64,000 nt of DNA, from positions 890,382,001 to 890,446,000 of the forward strand of contig NW_027362761.1 in assembly GCF_046119375.1 (NCBI RefSeq). The letters run 5' to 3'. The position numbers were made by a program, and so were the translations under genes. The DNA comes from Phyllobates terribilis (lineage: Eukaryota). The notes beneath the pieces are model-generated. The model was not told the DNA's origin, searched no databases, and worked only from the letters and a program-made list of their open reading frames with translations. Within the stretch, counting starts at the first letter, position 1. The number at the start of each line of letters is the position of its first letter. Below are positions 24,553-39,564 of the stretch, piece after piece.

Positions 24553-25788
24553 CAGGGCCGGCGTCAGCACCCGGCACACCCGGGCAAGTGCCGGGGCCCT
24601 GGAAAATCAGAGGGGCCCCCCGCTCACTCACTTTCGGGGCCCACCGCCCACTCACTGTCGGGTCCCTGGCCGCTTCCTCGGCACCTGTCCAGTGACGCAG
24701 GCGCTGCTTGATTGCCGGCATTCCCCCAGTCCCAGACATGGCCGCGCGCTGTGCGGCTGTGTCTGCTAGTAATGACACGGAAGGGTCGACGGCACTGCAC
24801 CTTTAATTGTGCTTGTGTGTCGCCCCTGCCGCGTCATTACTAGCAGACACAGCCGCACAGCGCGCGGCCATGTCTGGGGGAGTACCGGCAATCAAGCACC
24901 ATCGGAGGTCCTGCACAGATGGGGGGGAGCGGCCCGGACCCGACCGCAAGTGGGCCCCTCTGATGGTCCAGGGCCATGATGTCTGTGACACGCCGGGGGC
25001 CCTGCACTGCCCCATACCTGAGGAGCTGCTGGACAGGACACTGGACCGGGGACAGGTGAGTGAGGCTTCCCCAATCCCCATATTAAAAATATTTGAAATG
25101 GGTCTGTGTGAGTGCATGTATGTGAATGTCAGTGTGTATAACTGTGTATATATATTTGTCTGCTTTATATATGTTTTTAAGAATTTGTGTAAAAATGTGT
25201 GTATGTCTGTATGTGTACATATCTGTGTACCGTGTGTGCGTGCGTCTGCGTACCGTGTGTGCGTGCATATGTCTGCGTACCGTGTGTGCGTGCATATGTC
25301 TGCGTACCGTGTGTGCATGCATATGTCTGCGTACCGTGTGTGCGTGCATATGTCTGCGTACCGTGTGTGCGTGCATATGTCTGCGTACCGTGCGCGTGCA
25401 TATGTCTGCGTACTGTGTGCGCGTGCATATGTCTGCGTACCGTGTGTGCGTGCATATGTCTGCGTACCGTGTGTGCGTGCATATGTCTGCGTACCGCGTG
25501 CATGCATACGTCTGCATACCGTGTGTGTGCGCGTGCATATGTCTGCGTACCGTGTGTGTGCGTGCATATGTCTGCGTACCGTGTGTATGTGTGTGCGCAT
25601 GTCTGCGTACCGTGTGTGTGTGTGTGCACATGTCTGCATATGTGAAGGATGAGGTGGCAGGCTGGGCCCTGTGTACTATATATATATATTTCTCTGCGGT
25701 ATCTGTGCATCATGCATCGTGTATGTGTTAAAAGGGGCCCACTGAGACTCTTTCACCCGGGGCCCAGAAAAACCTGGAGCCGGCCCTG
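24553..25788. mobile_element. Non-autonomous hAT element carrying a ~22-bp minisatellite (~25215-25640) and an internal hairpin
   Basis: TIR CAGGGCCGGC/GCCGGCCCTG; perfect 8-bp TSD CTTACTAG (24545-24552, 25789-25796). Confidence 0.9.
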
Positions 25789-26961
25789 CTTACTAGGCCT
25801 CCCAACTGGCTCCACCAGACTAAAAAACTGGTTGGCCTCAATAAGGTGTAAGATGTGATGATCGTCCCCCATCTATTCCTGAACATAAGCAACTGGGTGA
25901 GATCAATCCATTTTTTTCTACTTTTAATGTGTATGCATTGTGATATACATATGTGACCACTGTCACTCCTCGATAACATTAGCACCTGGATGTATAAATA
26001 CTATTATATTTGAGCTGAAAAGTGTCAGTTCTACATCTTTTTAGTATGTGTTTATTGTGTGCTATATAATGTATTTGTCGTTTTGCCTATTGTAGTATTT
26101 ATTGATTTTAGTGGTATTATCATTAAAATTTATATTTTAATATACTCACCTTAGTGCTAGATTTGAAATGCACATATAAATAAAAGTGTACAAAGTATCA
26201 ACCACGAGAGTGCTGTATCATTAAACATTTATTGGTAAATTTTCTTACAAGCATCTCACCCAAAAAAATGTGTGCTCACCTTCTTCTATTTAATGTGCAT
26301 TTTAATTTATTGACTTCACAAAAAAGTCTCCATGGTTTGGCAAGCTGCTATCACATCCATTACCCCATAGTGATATCACCGTGCTGAATATATGCTAAAC
26401 GAAAAATCAACAGAAAGGTACAAAGTCAACAGACTCAACGTAATAAAAATGTATTAGTCAATCATTGCTAAGAATGGCGTAGGACAGCCAAAGCTTTCAT
26501 GACTCTAGTAGGTCAACCATCAAAAAGTCATACCAAGGTGTTTGACTCCTTGAGTTTGTTTTGAATGTATAAGATAACCAACCTTGAAACTTACAACACT
26601 TTATTTTCATTCTCATTGCCATTTTTTTAATCCGACCACACATAATTATGGTCATCCAGTGTCAATATTAGCCATCCCGTTCAGAAAAGTAACACGTTAA
26701 CATCTAGAAAAGAAATCTATTCATATAAGCAGCTTGGTAAATTGCCAATGTAAGTAAAAAATAAAGAGGTATTCTCAAGTTTGGAAGTTATCCGCTACCC
26801 ATGGGATAGGTGATTATCACTGGGGGTCAGACTGCTGGGACCACCATGACTACTAAGAACCAAGGCTCTGAAGAGCCACATGTGAATGGATCTGTGGTCA
26901 ATCATGCACACAGCCACTCCATTCATTCTTAATGAGACAGCCAGAGATAGCCAAGTGAAAC

Positions 26962-28404
26962 CAGGCCCGGCGTCAGCACCTGGCGCACCCGGGCAAGTGT
27001 CGGGGCCCTGAGCAGGTGGGGTGCCCACTCGCCATCGGGCACCCCGCCGCGCTATGGGACCCATGAGCGGTGCGATGGCGCTGCCAGTGCCCAACCCCTT
27101 GCTCTATGCCCCGGCAGCCGGTGGCACAATACTTACCTCTCCCCGTGCCCCCGCGGCAACTCCAGTCTCTTCCGTGGCTGCTGCACTGTGACGTCTCAGG
27201 TCAGAGGGTGCGGTGACGTCTTTCCACCGCGCCCTCTCCTGAGCAGTCACAGCGCAGAGCGGGAAGACGCCGGCGCGGGTGAGGAGTCCGGGGCAGCGGC
27301 AGCAGGTGAGAAGTGAGGTGACTATTTGATTTGTTTCCTTTATGTACAGTATGGACGCATGGAGCATTATATGGGGGGGTGACATCCTGCATGGGGCATT
27401 ATATGGGGGGGAGAGGTGACATCTTCCATGGGGCACTATATGGGGGGGAAGTACATCCTGCATGGGGCATTATATAGGGGGGTGACATCCTGCATGGGCC
27501 ATTATATGGAGGGGAGAGGTGACATCCTCCATGGGGCATTATATGGGGGGGAGTGACATCCTGCATGGGCCATTATATGAGGGGGAAGTGACATCCTGCA
27601 TGGGCCATTATATGGGGGGGAAGTGACATCCTGCATGGGGCATTTTATGGGGAGGGGAGTGACATCCTGCATGGGGCATTATATGGGGGTCGAAGTGACA
27701 TCCTGCATGGGCCATTATATGAGGGGGAAAGTGACATCCAGCATGGGCCATTATATGGGGGGGAGTGACATCCTGCATGGGCCATTATATGATTGGGAAG
27801 TGACATCCTGCATGGGCCATTATATGGGGGGAAGTGACATCCTGCATGGGGCATTTTATGGGGAGGGGAGTGACATCCTGCATGGGGCATTATATAGGGG
27901 TAGAAGTGACATCCTGCATGGGCCATTATATGAGGGGGAAAGTGACATCCAGCATGGGCCATTATATGGGGGGAGTGACATCCTGCATGGGGCATTATGT
28001 GTATGAGGGGGAACAGCCTGCATGGGGCATTATATGGAGGCCAGTATCCTGTATGGAGCGTTATATGGGGGCCAGTATCCTGTATGGAGCGTTATATGAG
28101 GTTCGTGATTCTGTATGGAGCATTATATGGGGTCCATTATTCTGTATGGAGCAATATATGGGGCTCATTATACTGTATGGAGGACTATATTGTCCGGTTT
28201 GCACTGTGCGCTGAGAAGATTCGCCAGTTTCTGAGCTTTGTAGAATTTACAATAGATATCACTCGTAATGTAAGTGAAATCTTCAGCAATGTGCTATATA
28301 TATATTTCTCTGCAGTATCTGTGCATCATGAATCGGGGTATGTGTTAAAGGGGCCCACTGAGACTCTTTCGCCCAGGGCCCACAAAAACCTCTAGCCGGC
28401 CCTG
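26962..28404. mobile_element. Non-autonomous hAT element of the same family carrying a ~33-bp G-rich minisatellite (~27350-28190)
   Basis: TIR CAGGCCCGGC/GCCGGCCCTG; TSD AGTGAAAC/AGTGAAGC (7 of 8); termini shared with 24553-25788. Confidence 0.88.
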
Positions 28405-29160
28405 AGTGAAGCGCTCAGTTGCTCTTCAGCCTATGGAAGTAAAGAGAAATTTTTGCCAGACTAACCTATTTATAAGACTGATTCTTACCATTGTACAAAT
28501 TGTTTCAAATGTATACCTGATGGAAACTTCTAGAACAGTGGAGATTGTTTTAATACTGGTTATAGTGCATAGTAGAACATAGAAACCATCAGGGTATACA
28601 AAAGCAATTCAGTTTGAGGAGAGGAATCTCATTCTGAAACAGATGTCTAGAAACCTTGGCACTCACCATGTTTTTTTGAGTTTTAGTACACCCAATAGCG
28701 AGCTTTCCATAATTATTGAAGAAAAGTGATTAGTTTTGAATACTACTTTATGTTATATTTCAAAATCCTGTTTCTTAGTATGCTGCTAAAATATTCACTT
28801 AAAGGACGATTCCAGTAATAAGAATGTATCGCCTATCCAAAGGATAGTTGTTAGGTTTTAAATCAGTGGGAGTTTCACTTCAGAGATCCTTATCCATCAT
28901 CAGAATTGGACACTTTTGTCTCCAGTCTAAATGGAGCTGCAGAGTGCTCTATTCTTCCCTCTCTATGGGACTTCCAAAGAATACAAGAACTGTAATTGGC
29001 TTTCTCGAATAGTCCCATTAAGCATGAATGCAGTCTAGAATGCACACTGACTATTCAGATGGGGGACAAAATATTCCAGTCAGTCAAAAGATGAGGGTCT
29101 CAATGGTTAGACAATCACAGGTCTAGAAGTTATCACCTATGGTGTGGAATGGAGATTACT

Positions 29161-29398
29161 TAATAATAATCTTTATTTTTATATAGCGCTAACATATTCC
29201 ACAGCACTATCGTCGCTGTCCCCATTAGGGCTCACAATCTAGATTCCCTATCAGTATGTCTTTAAAGTGTGGGAGGAAACCCACACAAACACAGGGAGAA
29301 CATAAAAACTCCTTGAAGATGTTGTCCTTGGTGGGATTTGAACCCAGGACCCCAGCGCTGCAAGGCTGCAGTGCTAACCACTGCGCCACCGTGCCACC
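29161..29398 (-). mobile_element. tRNA-derived SINE
   Basis: Minus strand GGTGGCACGGTGGCGCAGTGG (A box) and GGTTCAAATCC (B box); 3' (TAT)n tail. Confidence 0.85.
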
Positions 29399-30289
29399 CA
29401 ACTTGGTATTCCTGGTACAAGATGTTGACTATAACTATCTAATCCATTTAATGATTATGTGTGAACCTCTTTAATCTCATAATCTTGGAATATATTTGTG
29501 ATTTCCCATGGGACTGCAGGTAAAGCTATAGATTGAAAGATTAAAATTAATATTATCTTGTGACAATGGCAACTGTGAAAAAGTTGAAGATATTCTGTAT
29601 TAGATAGAAAGTCAAGCTTTGAAATTGATGGGTTGGAAGCATAAAAATGTGCAAGTGTACTTATGCGGGCAACTTTAACGTGGGCCAAATCATATTGCTA
29701 GAATATCTAGAGGCAGAGCATATTCAAAATGGCAGATATTGCGGAACATTCCCAGTATGCAGTAATTAGTACCTAGCAAAGTGGTCCAAAGAGGGATAAC
29801 TGGTGCACTAGCAAAAGGGTCATGGGCTCCCAAGACTCAGTGATGAAAGGGGAAGACTAGCTTGCTGGATCCTGTTCCACAGAAGAGATACTTTAGTAAA
29901 AAATGCTAAAAAAAAGTTAATGCAATTTGTAAGGTGGCGTGGGCCACCCGGGGCCAGCTACATGAAAATGGGGGTCCTTACTAGATGTATGTGGTTGTAT
30001 TACTGCTATCGACACCTTCATGTTCAGCTCTGCCACAAGATGTGTGGCGCCGGACAATTTTAAAATCTTGATGAGTAAACCAGATAAGTTTGTAAAAATA
30101 GAGTCCTTTTTATTGACAATAAAACTTATGTACAGAGGGTAGTAGGAAATGAGCTTGCTGTTTTCTTCTGCACAATACAGAGGCACATTCTTCATGGTCA
30201 TGGATGGCGGCATAATACTTGTGGTGAACATTACAAGTGAACAGCAGGACAAATTTGTTAATTCCATCTTCCTGGTACAGAGCCATACA

Positions 30290-30430
30290 GTGCAATGTGT
30301 TTTGTTGTGACCACTGCACCCAAACTACAATCTAGGGCCCCACAGGTCAATGTGTTTCTCTGTGACCACTGCACCCAAATTACAATCTAGGGCCCCACGG
30401 GTCAATGTGTTTCACTGTGGCCACTGCACT
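30290..30430. repeat. 55-bp tandem repeat, about 2.5 units
   Basis: TGTGACCACTGCAC recurs at 30306, 30361 and 30416. Confidence 0.85.
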
Positions 30431-30899
30431 CTTGTTAAACAATGTAAGGGAGCTCTCACTAACTACCACCTTACCGACATGTCCCAGCCTGGCTGACCCT
30501 GGCTTTTCCAGTACTTAAGTGCCCCTGACTTTACTGCTATAAGGAACTGCCACACTGTATAATTCTTTATGAGACTTGCTCCCTTTCCTTGTCTTGGCTG
30601 CCACACACACACATCCAGTGATGATAATCTTCCTCTGAGGGTGTCCTTTCTTGTCTCCCGCTCATTAACAACTAACTACAAAACCAAGAACTAACACATA
30701 GGTCCCTATTACTGCTCCCCTACAGTTAACCCTGTCACCCCTGACTAACAGGAACTGCAGCCTCCATGAGAATAAAATATGCAATACAATACATTTTGCA
30801 TAACATTAAAACACAGTGGTCTTCAGAGGGGGTGCACAAGCTCTTCTCCACCTTCACAACATTTAAAAAATAAATTATTCAAAAAATACTTTGCAAGAC

Positions 30900-31560
30900 T
30901 GATTTCTTTACATGTTATTGCAAAACTTAATACCAGTCATGCTGACCCCTGGACAAGACCAAAAGAACCTTAAATGGGTTTATAAGTATGAGAACTGTAA
31001 CATAGAGCAATGGCAGAAAATTGCCCAGTTTGATAAATCGATTTTTTTTTACATCTCACGGACAGAGGTAATTGTGAGTCTGTCAAAGAGATTACACCAG
31101 TATACACTACAAAGAGAAGGCAAGGTCAGCTGTGGCAGTATTATACTCAGGGCAATGTTCTGTTATGAAACATTGGGTCCAGGCATTAGGGAGGATGTTA
31201 CTTTTGACATGTAACAGGTTCCTAAACATAATTTCAGACTATGTATATCCCTTCATGGCAGAGGTATTCCTTACTGGCAGTGACCTCTTTCAGCAGAAAA
31301 TTGCAGCAACCACACAGCAAAATTTGTTAAAGTATGGTTTAGGGAGCATGACAAGAACTTCACAATGTGAATGAGGCCTCTAAATTCTCCAGATATTGAT
31401 CCAAATAAGCATCTGTGGGATGAGCTGCAAAATGATCTTTCATTGATGGAGACTCCATTTAATAATTTACAGGACTTATAGAATCTTCTGTTGATTTTTT
31501 GGTGCCAGATATTGCTAGGCACGCTCAGTTATTTTGTCATTCATAACTTGACAGGTCAAA
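30900..31560 (+). pseudogene. Heavily decayed Tc1-type transposase remnant
   Basis: Fragments such as GSIILRAMFCYETLGPGI and YVYPFMAEVF...LFQQ, plus a relic of the [16 protein letters not shown] box; many stops. Confidence 0.6.
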
Positions 31561-32133
31561 TCTGCTTTGGCAGCAAGAGATGGGGTGTGGGGTGTGTACA
31601 CAACATTAGCCAGGTGATTTTAATGTTATGACCTACAGTAAAACTCACCAAACACTCAACATGTGAACGTGGCCATAGAGTGATCAAAATATTGGCTGTA
31701 TATTGTATTGTCCCACAAAAAAATGTATTGCATGTCCCACAAAAATAAGCCTCCAAACAACTCTGTCTATGGAAAAATAAAAATTATGGGACTAGAAATA
31801 TGGTAAACATTCTAAAGAAGATTTTTTTTACATTGATAAAACATTAAAAACTATAAAAATTGAGTATTCTTATTATAGTACTGACTTCCATTATAAAGTT
31901 AATATGTCAATTAAATTGAATAGTAAGGTATTTAAAAAAAAGGTATTTTTCTAATGTTGTTTCTTTTGTATATTTCACCACCAAAAAAGTTTAATAAAGA
32001 GTCGAATGTACCAGAAAATGGCACCTCTGAAAACTACATTTTGTTATTAATAAATACAGTATGATACAAATAAACGCTCATGCATTTCCATTGTTAGAAA
32101 ATTTTAAAACTTTTGGATCTCAGAATATGGTAA

Positions 32134-32512
32134 GGGTATGTGCACACGATGCATTTTTTATGCTTTTTTTTCCCACGCAAAATTGGCTCCAAAAACGCTT
32201 TGAAATCCTTATCCCAGCAATTCCCAGAATTTGGAAGATCTGTGCACATGATAAGGAATTTTCCTGACAGGATTTCATGTGTGATTAAATCTGCACCATG
32301 TCAATTCTTCGTGTGTATTTGCCTGCGTTTTTCCTATGTAATGCATTGAAAAAACGCATGGCAAGTATGCAGGCAAAAACGCACAAAAACACATGAAAAT
32401 GCATCAAAAATGTGTGGAATTTCTGCAGTGTTTCTTCTGCCAAGAGATACAGAACCTTGCAGAAACACTGCAGAAATTTCTGCACCCAAATACTGATCGT
32501 GGGCACGTACCC
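32134..32512. mobile_element. PIF/Harbinger-type MITE
   Basis: TAA TSD at both ends; TIR GGGTATGTGCACACGAT / ATCGTGGGCACGTACCC. Confidence 0.8.
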
Positions 32513-32678
32513 TAACTCAAAAACAAATGATTTTTTCAGCGTATTTCTTACACAAAAATATCAAAACATAATTAAAACTATATGTTTCGTACTGCCATAA
32601 TCATGCTGACCCACTGAATAAAGTTAACATCTTATTTATGCAACACATGATTAGAGGAAAAAAACTTATCCTCAGAAG

Positions 32679-33245
32679 TAGAGGTGACTCTTGGTCTTCC
32701 TTTCCTGGGGCGGTCCTCATGTGAGCCAGTTTCTTTGTAGCGCTTGATGGTTTTTGCAACTGCACTTGGAGACACTTTCAAAGTTTTCCCAATTTTTCGC
32801 ACTGACTGACCTTAATTTCTTAAAGTAATGATGGCCACTCGTTTTTCTTTACTTAGCTGCTTATTTCTTGCCATAATACAAATTCTAACAGTCTATTCAG
32901 TAGGACTATCAGCTGTGTATCCACCAGACTTCTGCACAACACAACTGATGGTCCCAACCCCATTTATAAGGCAAGAAATCCGACCTATTAAACCTAACAG
33001 GGCACACCTGTGAAGTGAAATGCCAAGAGTGTGCAAAGCAGTCATCAAAGCAAAAAATGGCTACTTTGAAGAACCTAGAATATAAGACATATTTTCAGTT
33101 GTTTCACACTTTTTTGTTAAGTATATAATTCCACATGTGTTAATTCATAGTGTTGATGCCTTCAGTGTGAATGTACAATTTTCATAGTCATGAAAATACA
33201 GAAAAATCTTTAAATGAGGTGTGTCCAAACTTTTGGTCTGTACTG
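32679..33245 (-). mobile_element. 5' terminal fragment of the DD38E family found intact at 47228-48856
   Basis: Reverse complement of ~47228-47840 with a short deletion; ends TTTTGGTCTGTACTG|TA. Confidence 0.85.
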
Positions 33246-33255
33246 TATATATATA

Positions 33256-34383
33256 GCGCATATACTCGAGTATAAGCCTACCCGAGTATAAGCTGAGGTA
33301 CCTAATTTTACCCCCAAAAAATGGGAAAATTTATTGTCTCAAGTATAAGCCTAGGGTGGGAAATGCAGCCGCTATTGGTAAATTACCCCATTCTGGTATG
33401 CATTTCTCCCTCATCCCCAATCCTGGTATGCATGGGTCCCTCATCCCAAATCCTGGTATATATGGCCCCCTCATCCTAATCCTAGCATGCATGGCCTCCT
33501 CATCCCCAATCCTGGTTTGCATTGCCTCCTCATCCCAAATCCTGGTATGCATGGCCTCCTCATCCCCCAATCCTAGTATGCATGGCCTCCTCATCCCCCA
33601 ATCCTAGTATGCATGGCCTCCTCATCCCCCAATCCTAGTATGCATGGCCTCCTCATCCCCCAATCCTGGTATGTATGGAACCCCTCATCCATCAATCCTG
33701 GTATGCCTAGCCTCCTAATCCCCCAATTCTGGTATGTATGGCAACCCTCATCCCCCAATCCTGGCATGCATGGCCTCCTCATCCCCCAATCCTGGTATAG
33801 CCCCCTCATCCCCCAATCCTGGTATGTATGGCCCCATCACTGTACACATAAAAAAATAAACACTTATACTCGCCTTCCTTCCTTCCTCACCTCTACTCCA
33901 GCACTGCGCTGTGTTCTGCTGCAGCAGCTCATGTCAGCATCTGAGCAGCACATGGCGTCACGGCCATGCACTCTCAGACACTGATGTGTGCTGCCAGCAT
34001 ATTCACTCCTCTCCACGCTGGGACTATGTGCGTGGAGAGGAGCGAATATGCATTCTCTTTAGCAGCGGGCACTGTCAGCAGGAGCTGTGGCTCAGCGCTC
34101 CTCTGTGCCCACTACTAAAGAGAATGAATATTCATTCTTCTCCACGCCCATGGGAGTGGAGAAGAGGGAATATTCATTTCCCTTTATCAGTGGGCACACG
34201 TGGTAGCTGCAGCAGCCTGCTACTGAGTGTGCCCCGCTCCTCCGCCGCTGCAACACCCCCCCACCATTATCCACCACCGGGATTTCTATATACTCGAGTA
34301 TACACCTGAGTATAAGCCAAGTGGGGCTTTTTCAGCACAAAAAAATGTGCTGAAAAACTCGGCTTATACGCGAGTATATATGG
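33256..34383. mobile_element. Non-autonomous Tc2/pogo-like element carrying a ~30-bp minisatellite (~33395-33835)
   Basis: TA flanks; TIR ...ATATACTCGAGTATAAGCC / GGCTTATACGCGAGTATAT...; superfamily call from TIR and TSD pattern only. Confidence 0.7.
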
Positions 34384-34392
34384 TATATATAT

Positions 34393-36205
34393 TGTGGTGC
34401 AGTAAAAGGTGTAATACTGGATGTAAGGTGTATTTCTCCCAGCAAGATAAAATGTGGCCTGGATTTTCCCTAATTCTCCGGGTTTTCAGTGCAACACCTG
34501 ACATACACAGCTACAGCAATCAAGCCTACATAAGCCACTTACCTAAGCCTTACCTAAGCTTGATAGGACGCTACGGTTCTATAATGACTTCCGAAAACTT
34601 AATGAAGTTTTGAAATTTGACGCCTACCCCATGCCCTGGGTGGATGAATTGACAGAGCGGTTTGGGCAGGCACGGTACTTTTCAACCCTTGACCTCTCAA
34701 AAGTGTACTGGCAGGTGCCCCTAATGGAGGCGGCTAAGGAAAAAACGGCCTTTGCGACGCCCGAAGGGCTATTCCAGTATAAACTATTACCCTTTGGTTT
34801 GCATGGCGCACCGGCGACGTTCCAGCGGTTAATGGATATTATTCTCTGTCTTCATCGCCGTTATGCCTCTGCCTATCTTGACGACAGTGTTGTGTACAGT
34901 GCAGACTGGGAAAATCACATACCAAAAGTACAGGCGGTAATAGATTCCCTCCGACAAACAGGGCTAACCGCCAACCCAAAGAAATGTTCCATAGGGTTGG
35001 AAGAAGCTCGGTACTTGGGTTATGTCATTGGGAGAGGAGTCCTCAAACTCCAAGTAAACGAAGTAGAGCCAATTCAGAACTGGCCCCGCCCCCTCACAAC
35101 AAAGCAGATGAGAGCTTTTCTAGGTTTAGCGGGATATTACAGGTGATTTATTCCCAACTTTGCCACCTTGTCAGCTTAACAGACTGCTTGAAAGGGAGAA
35201 AGTCTGTGATTATCCGCTGGAATGATCAGACAGAGGAGGCTTTTGTAAAATTAAAGTCTGTACTGTGTGATACACCGGTTCTGGTTACACCAAATTTCAA
35301 AAGGGAGTTCATTGTGCAGACTGATGCCTTGGAGATAGGTCTTGGTGCCGTGCTGTCTGAAGAGCTTAATGGGGAAGAGCATCCCGGTAGTTTCCTGAGC
35401 CGGAAGCTTACTCCAGCCAAAACAAGATACAGTATAGTAGAGAGAGTGCCTGGCCATTAAATGGGCACTTAAGTCTCTCCGCTATTACTTGCTGGGGAGG
35501 ACATTTTGTTTGGTGACCAATCATTCCACTCTTATGCAGATGAGTCAAGCTAAGGAAAGGAATGCACGAGTCACTAGGTGGTTTCTGTCCCTCCAAAATT
35601 TCAAGTTTTCAGTGGAACATCGGGCAGGCAGACTGCTGGGGAATGTGGATGCCCTGTCCAGAGTCCAATGTATGACATGTGTCCACCCCCATAGGGTTGA
35701 ACAAAGGGGCGAGGTATGTGGTGCAGTAAAAGGTTTAGTACTGGATGGAAGGTATATTTCTCTCAGCAAGATAAAATGTGGCCTGGATTTTCCCTAATTC
35801 TCTGGGTTTTCAGCGCAACACCTGACATACACAGCTGTAACACTCAAGCCTGCATAAGCCAGTTAGGGGGGAAATCTCAGGGTGTGAGGAGTTAGGCTGA
35901 AGTGAGCCTGAATTTGTATTGCTGTTTAGATACATGCTGGAAAGGTCTGTGACAAAGATTCATGCAACCCTGGGAATGGCAACTAGCCACATCACTAGTA
36001 GTGACCAGATGGCCGCTTAGTTAAGCCATGCAAGGGTGAGTCTGAGACCGGTTGTTCTCCAAGTTGGAGTACATTTATGTGTTTTTTTTCCCTTTCTGCC
36101 ACCTGCTCTTTAAAGTGTGAATAAAACACTGAAGTTTGGACTTTAAGCCTGTGTGTTGCCTCATTACTGTGTTTCTGCCGCTGCCTACCAGAACAAATCC
36201 CTGCA
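34393..36205 (+). mobile_element. Internally deleted Ty3/Gypsy LTR retrotransposon (Gmr1-type order): partial 5' LTR, RT-RNase H pseudogene, PPT, 3' LTR (35717-36205)
   Basis: ~125-bp repeat at 34393 and 35717 starting TG; YLDD, QTDA and DALSR motifs; purine tract before the 3' LTR; ATAT flanks. Confidence 0.85.
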
Positions 36206-36294
36206 ATATATATACGAACATATATACATATATATATACATATATATATAAGGGCCTAATTCTAGTAACTCAGAATTCTCTAATAAGATATGTA

Positions 36295-37898
<1,604 letters not shown>

Positions 37899-38974
37899 TA
37901 TTTATAATTTTTAACATTAAAGGGAATCTGTTTCTGTCTCTACGTTATGAGACTCTTAGATTAAGTGGCAAAAACCTGGTGACAGATTCCCCAGGTCTTT
38001 GACACTTAATCTAAGAATGTCATAACGTAGAGACAGAGACACTAATTTTCTCCATGCGTCCCTTACTGGACTGCTCTCTATAGTTTTTTATAAAATCACT
38101 TTTTATAGATATTGTCCACACAAATATAAGCATTGATATTATACAAGTGACATCTGCCGTCAAATACAACACAGCGGTGTAAGACCTATCAGTTGACACA
38201 ATTATGTTTATAAAATGTTACTCAAATATTATTAAACTGCAAATATCCATAAAAGCGCAGCGGCAAAATATGCATATGATGTGGATTAATTAACAACAGT
38301 GTGTATGTCAGCTATTATATTGCAATTATCAAGCACAGTGGTTATTCCAGATTACTTCACCTAATTTATAAACAAAACATCATTTGTTGTTCCTATAGGA
38401 AAACAATTGACTACCACAAATATCTACGTAAATACAAAGTTATCAACCACTGAGGACTCTCAAATTTTAATATTTTGTTTTTATGGCTCTTCTGCAACAA
38501 AAAAATACAGCTGTAATTGGTACATCATGAATGTGGGGCCAGTGTACATTTCACAGTGTGGCCCAAGAGATTCATATATGATTCTAATGCTCATTGTATC
38601 AGGGGCAAATCTTCTCATCTATGACCAGATTATACTACATGAAAGCAGCAAACAGATCGTTTACTATTAAACTCTGCAATAAGTTGTTTCTGAAATGATA
38701 GCTACCACTAGATGAAAACTGATATCGGGTAGGTATACAGTATGCGATGCTTACTATATCTGTGTGATGGCAGGGGCGCCTTTTCGTTCCACGTTCCAAT
38801 CGATTTGTCCATGAAGTGATCACGGGGCGCCGATGGGTTGTCATGACAGCCGAGGGTCTACTGAAGCCCCCTGTGCCTGTCGTTATGATGCTCCTCTGAA
38901 AGCCAACTTCCATTCATAGGAGATTGTGATTTTAGCTATAGTACATAGCAGTGCTGACATATTTGGTATACAAA

Positions 38975-39564
38975 TATTTGGTATCGCTGCATTCGTAAAA
39001 GTTCGATCTATCAAATGTATAAAATAACTAATCCGATCGGTAAACAGCGGAACGAAAAATAAATCAAAAAGCCTGAATTACGTTTTTTTAGCTGTCGCAG
39101 CATTGTGTTGCTGTGCAATGAGAGGCGATTAACCAATGAAAAAAGAAACAGGTGTCAGACAATGGGGACAAAAGCAAAAAAAACAGTCATACAAATTTCT
39201 GCATTTTTTTTCACCCAAAAAAAAAAAAATACATGCATACTCATACTGACCTGGAGAATCATATTGCCAGGTCAGTTTTACCATATAGTGAACATGGTAA
39301 ATAAAAAAAAAATAATAATAATACATTGTGAAATTGCACTATATTTGCACTATCAACGCACTTGGGCTTTTTTTTCCTGTATTCCAGTATACTATGTGGT
39401 TGATTGAATTTGTAAATAATTGTAATTTGAACGTAGAATTTGTCCCCCAAAAAACAAGGTCTCACACGGCCATATTTACAGCAAAATAAAAAAGTTATGG
39501 CTCTTGGAAAAGGGGAGGAAAAAATGAAAATGACAAAATAAAAAATGGTCATGGCGTGAAAGGG
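38975..39564. mobile_element. Right arm of a piggyBac-like non-autonomous family related to 15160-18073
   Basis: Similar to ~17500-18073 (e.g. AATCATATTGCCAGGTCAGTTTTACCATATAGTGAACATGG); ends GAAAGGG|TTAA. Left end not found. Confidence 0.6.

Noticed and set aside
24803-28395. Cys/His/Met-rich ORFs
   Set aside because: Translations of minisatellites inside hAT elements.
29320-29398. tRNA gene
   Set aside because: A and B boxes are present, but it continues into a SINE body and tail and lacks a convincing cloverleaf.
29900-30300. Possible decayed L1/Tx1 fragment or host exon (116-aa ORF)
   Set aside because: No diagnostic motif could be matched with confidence.
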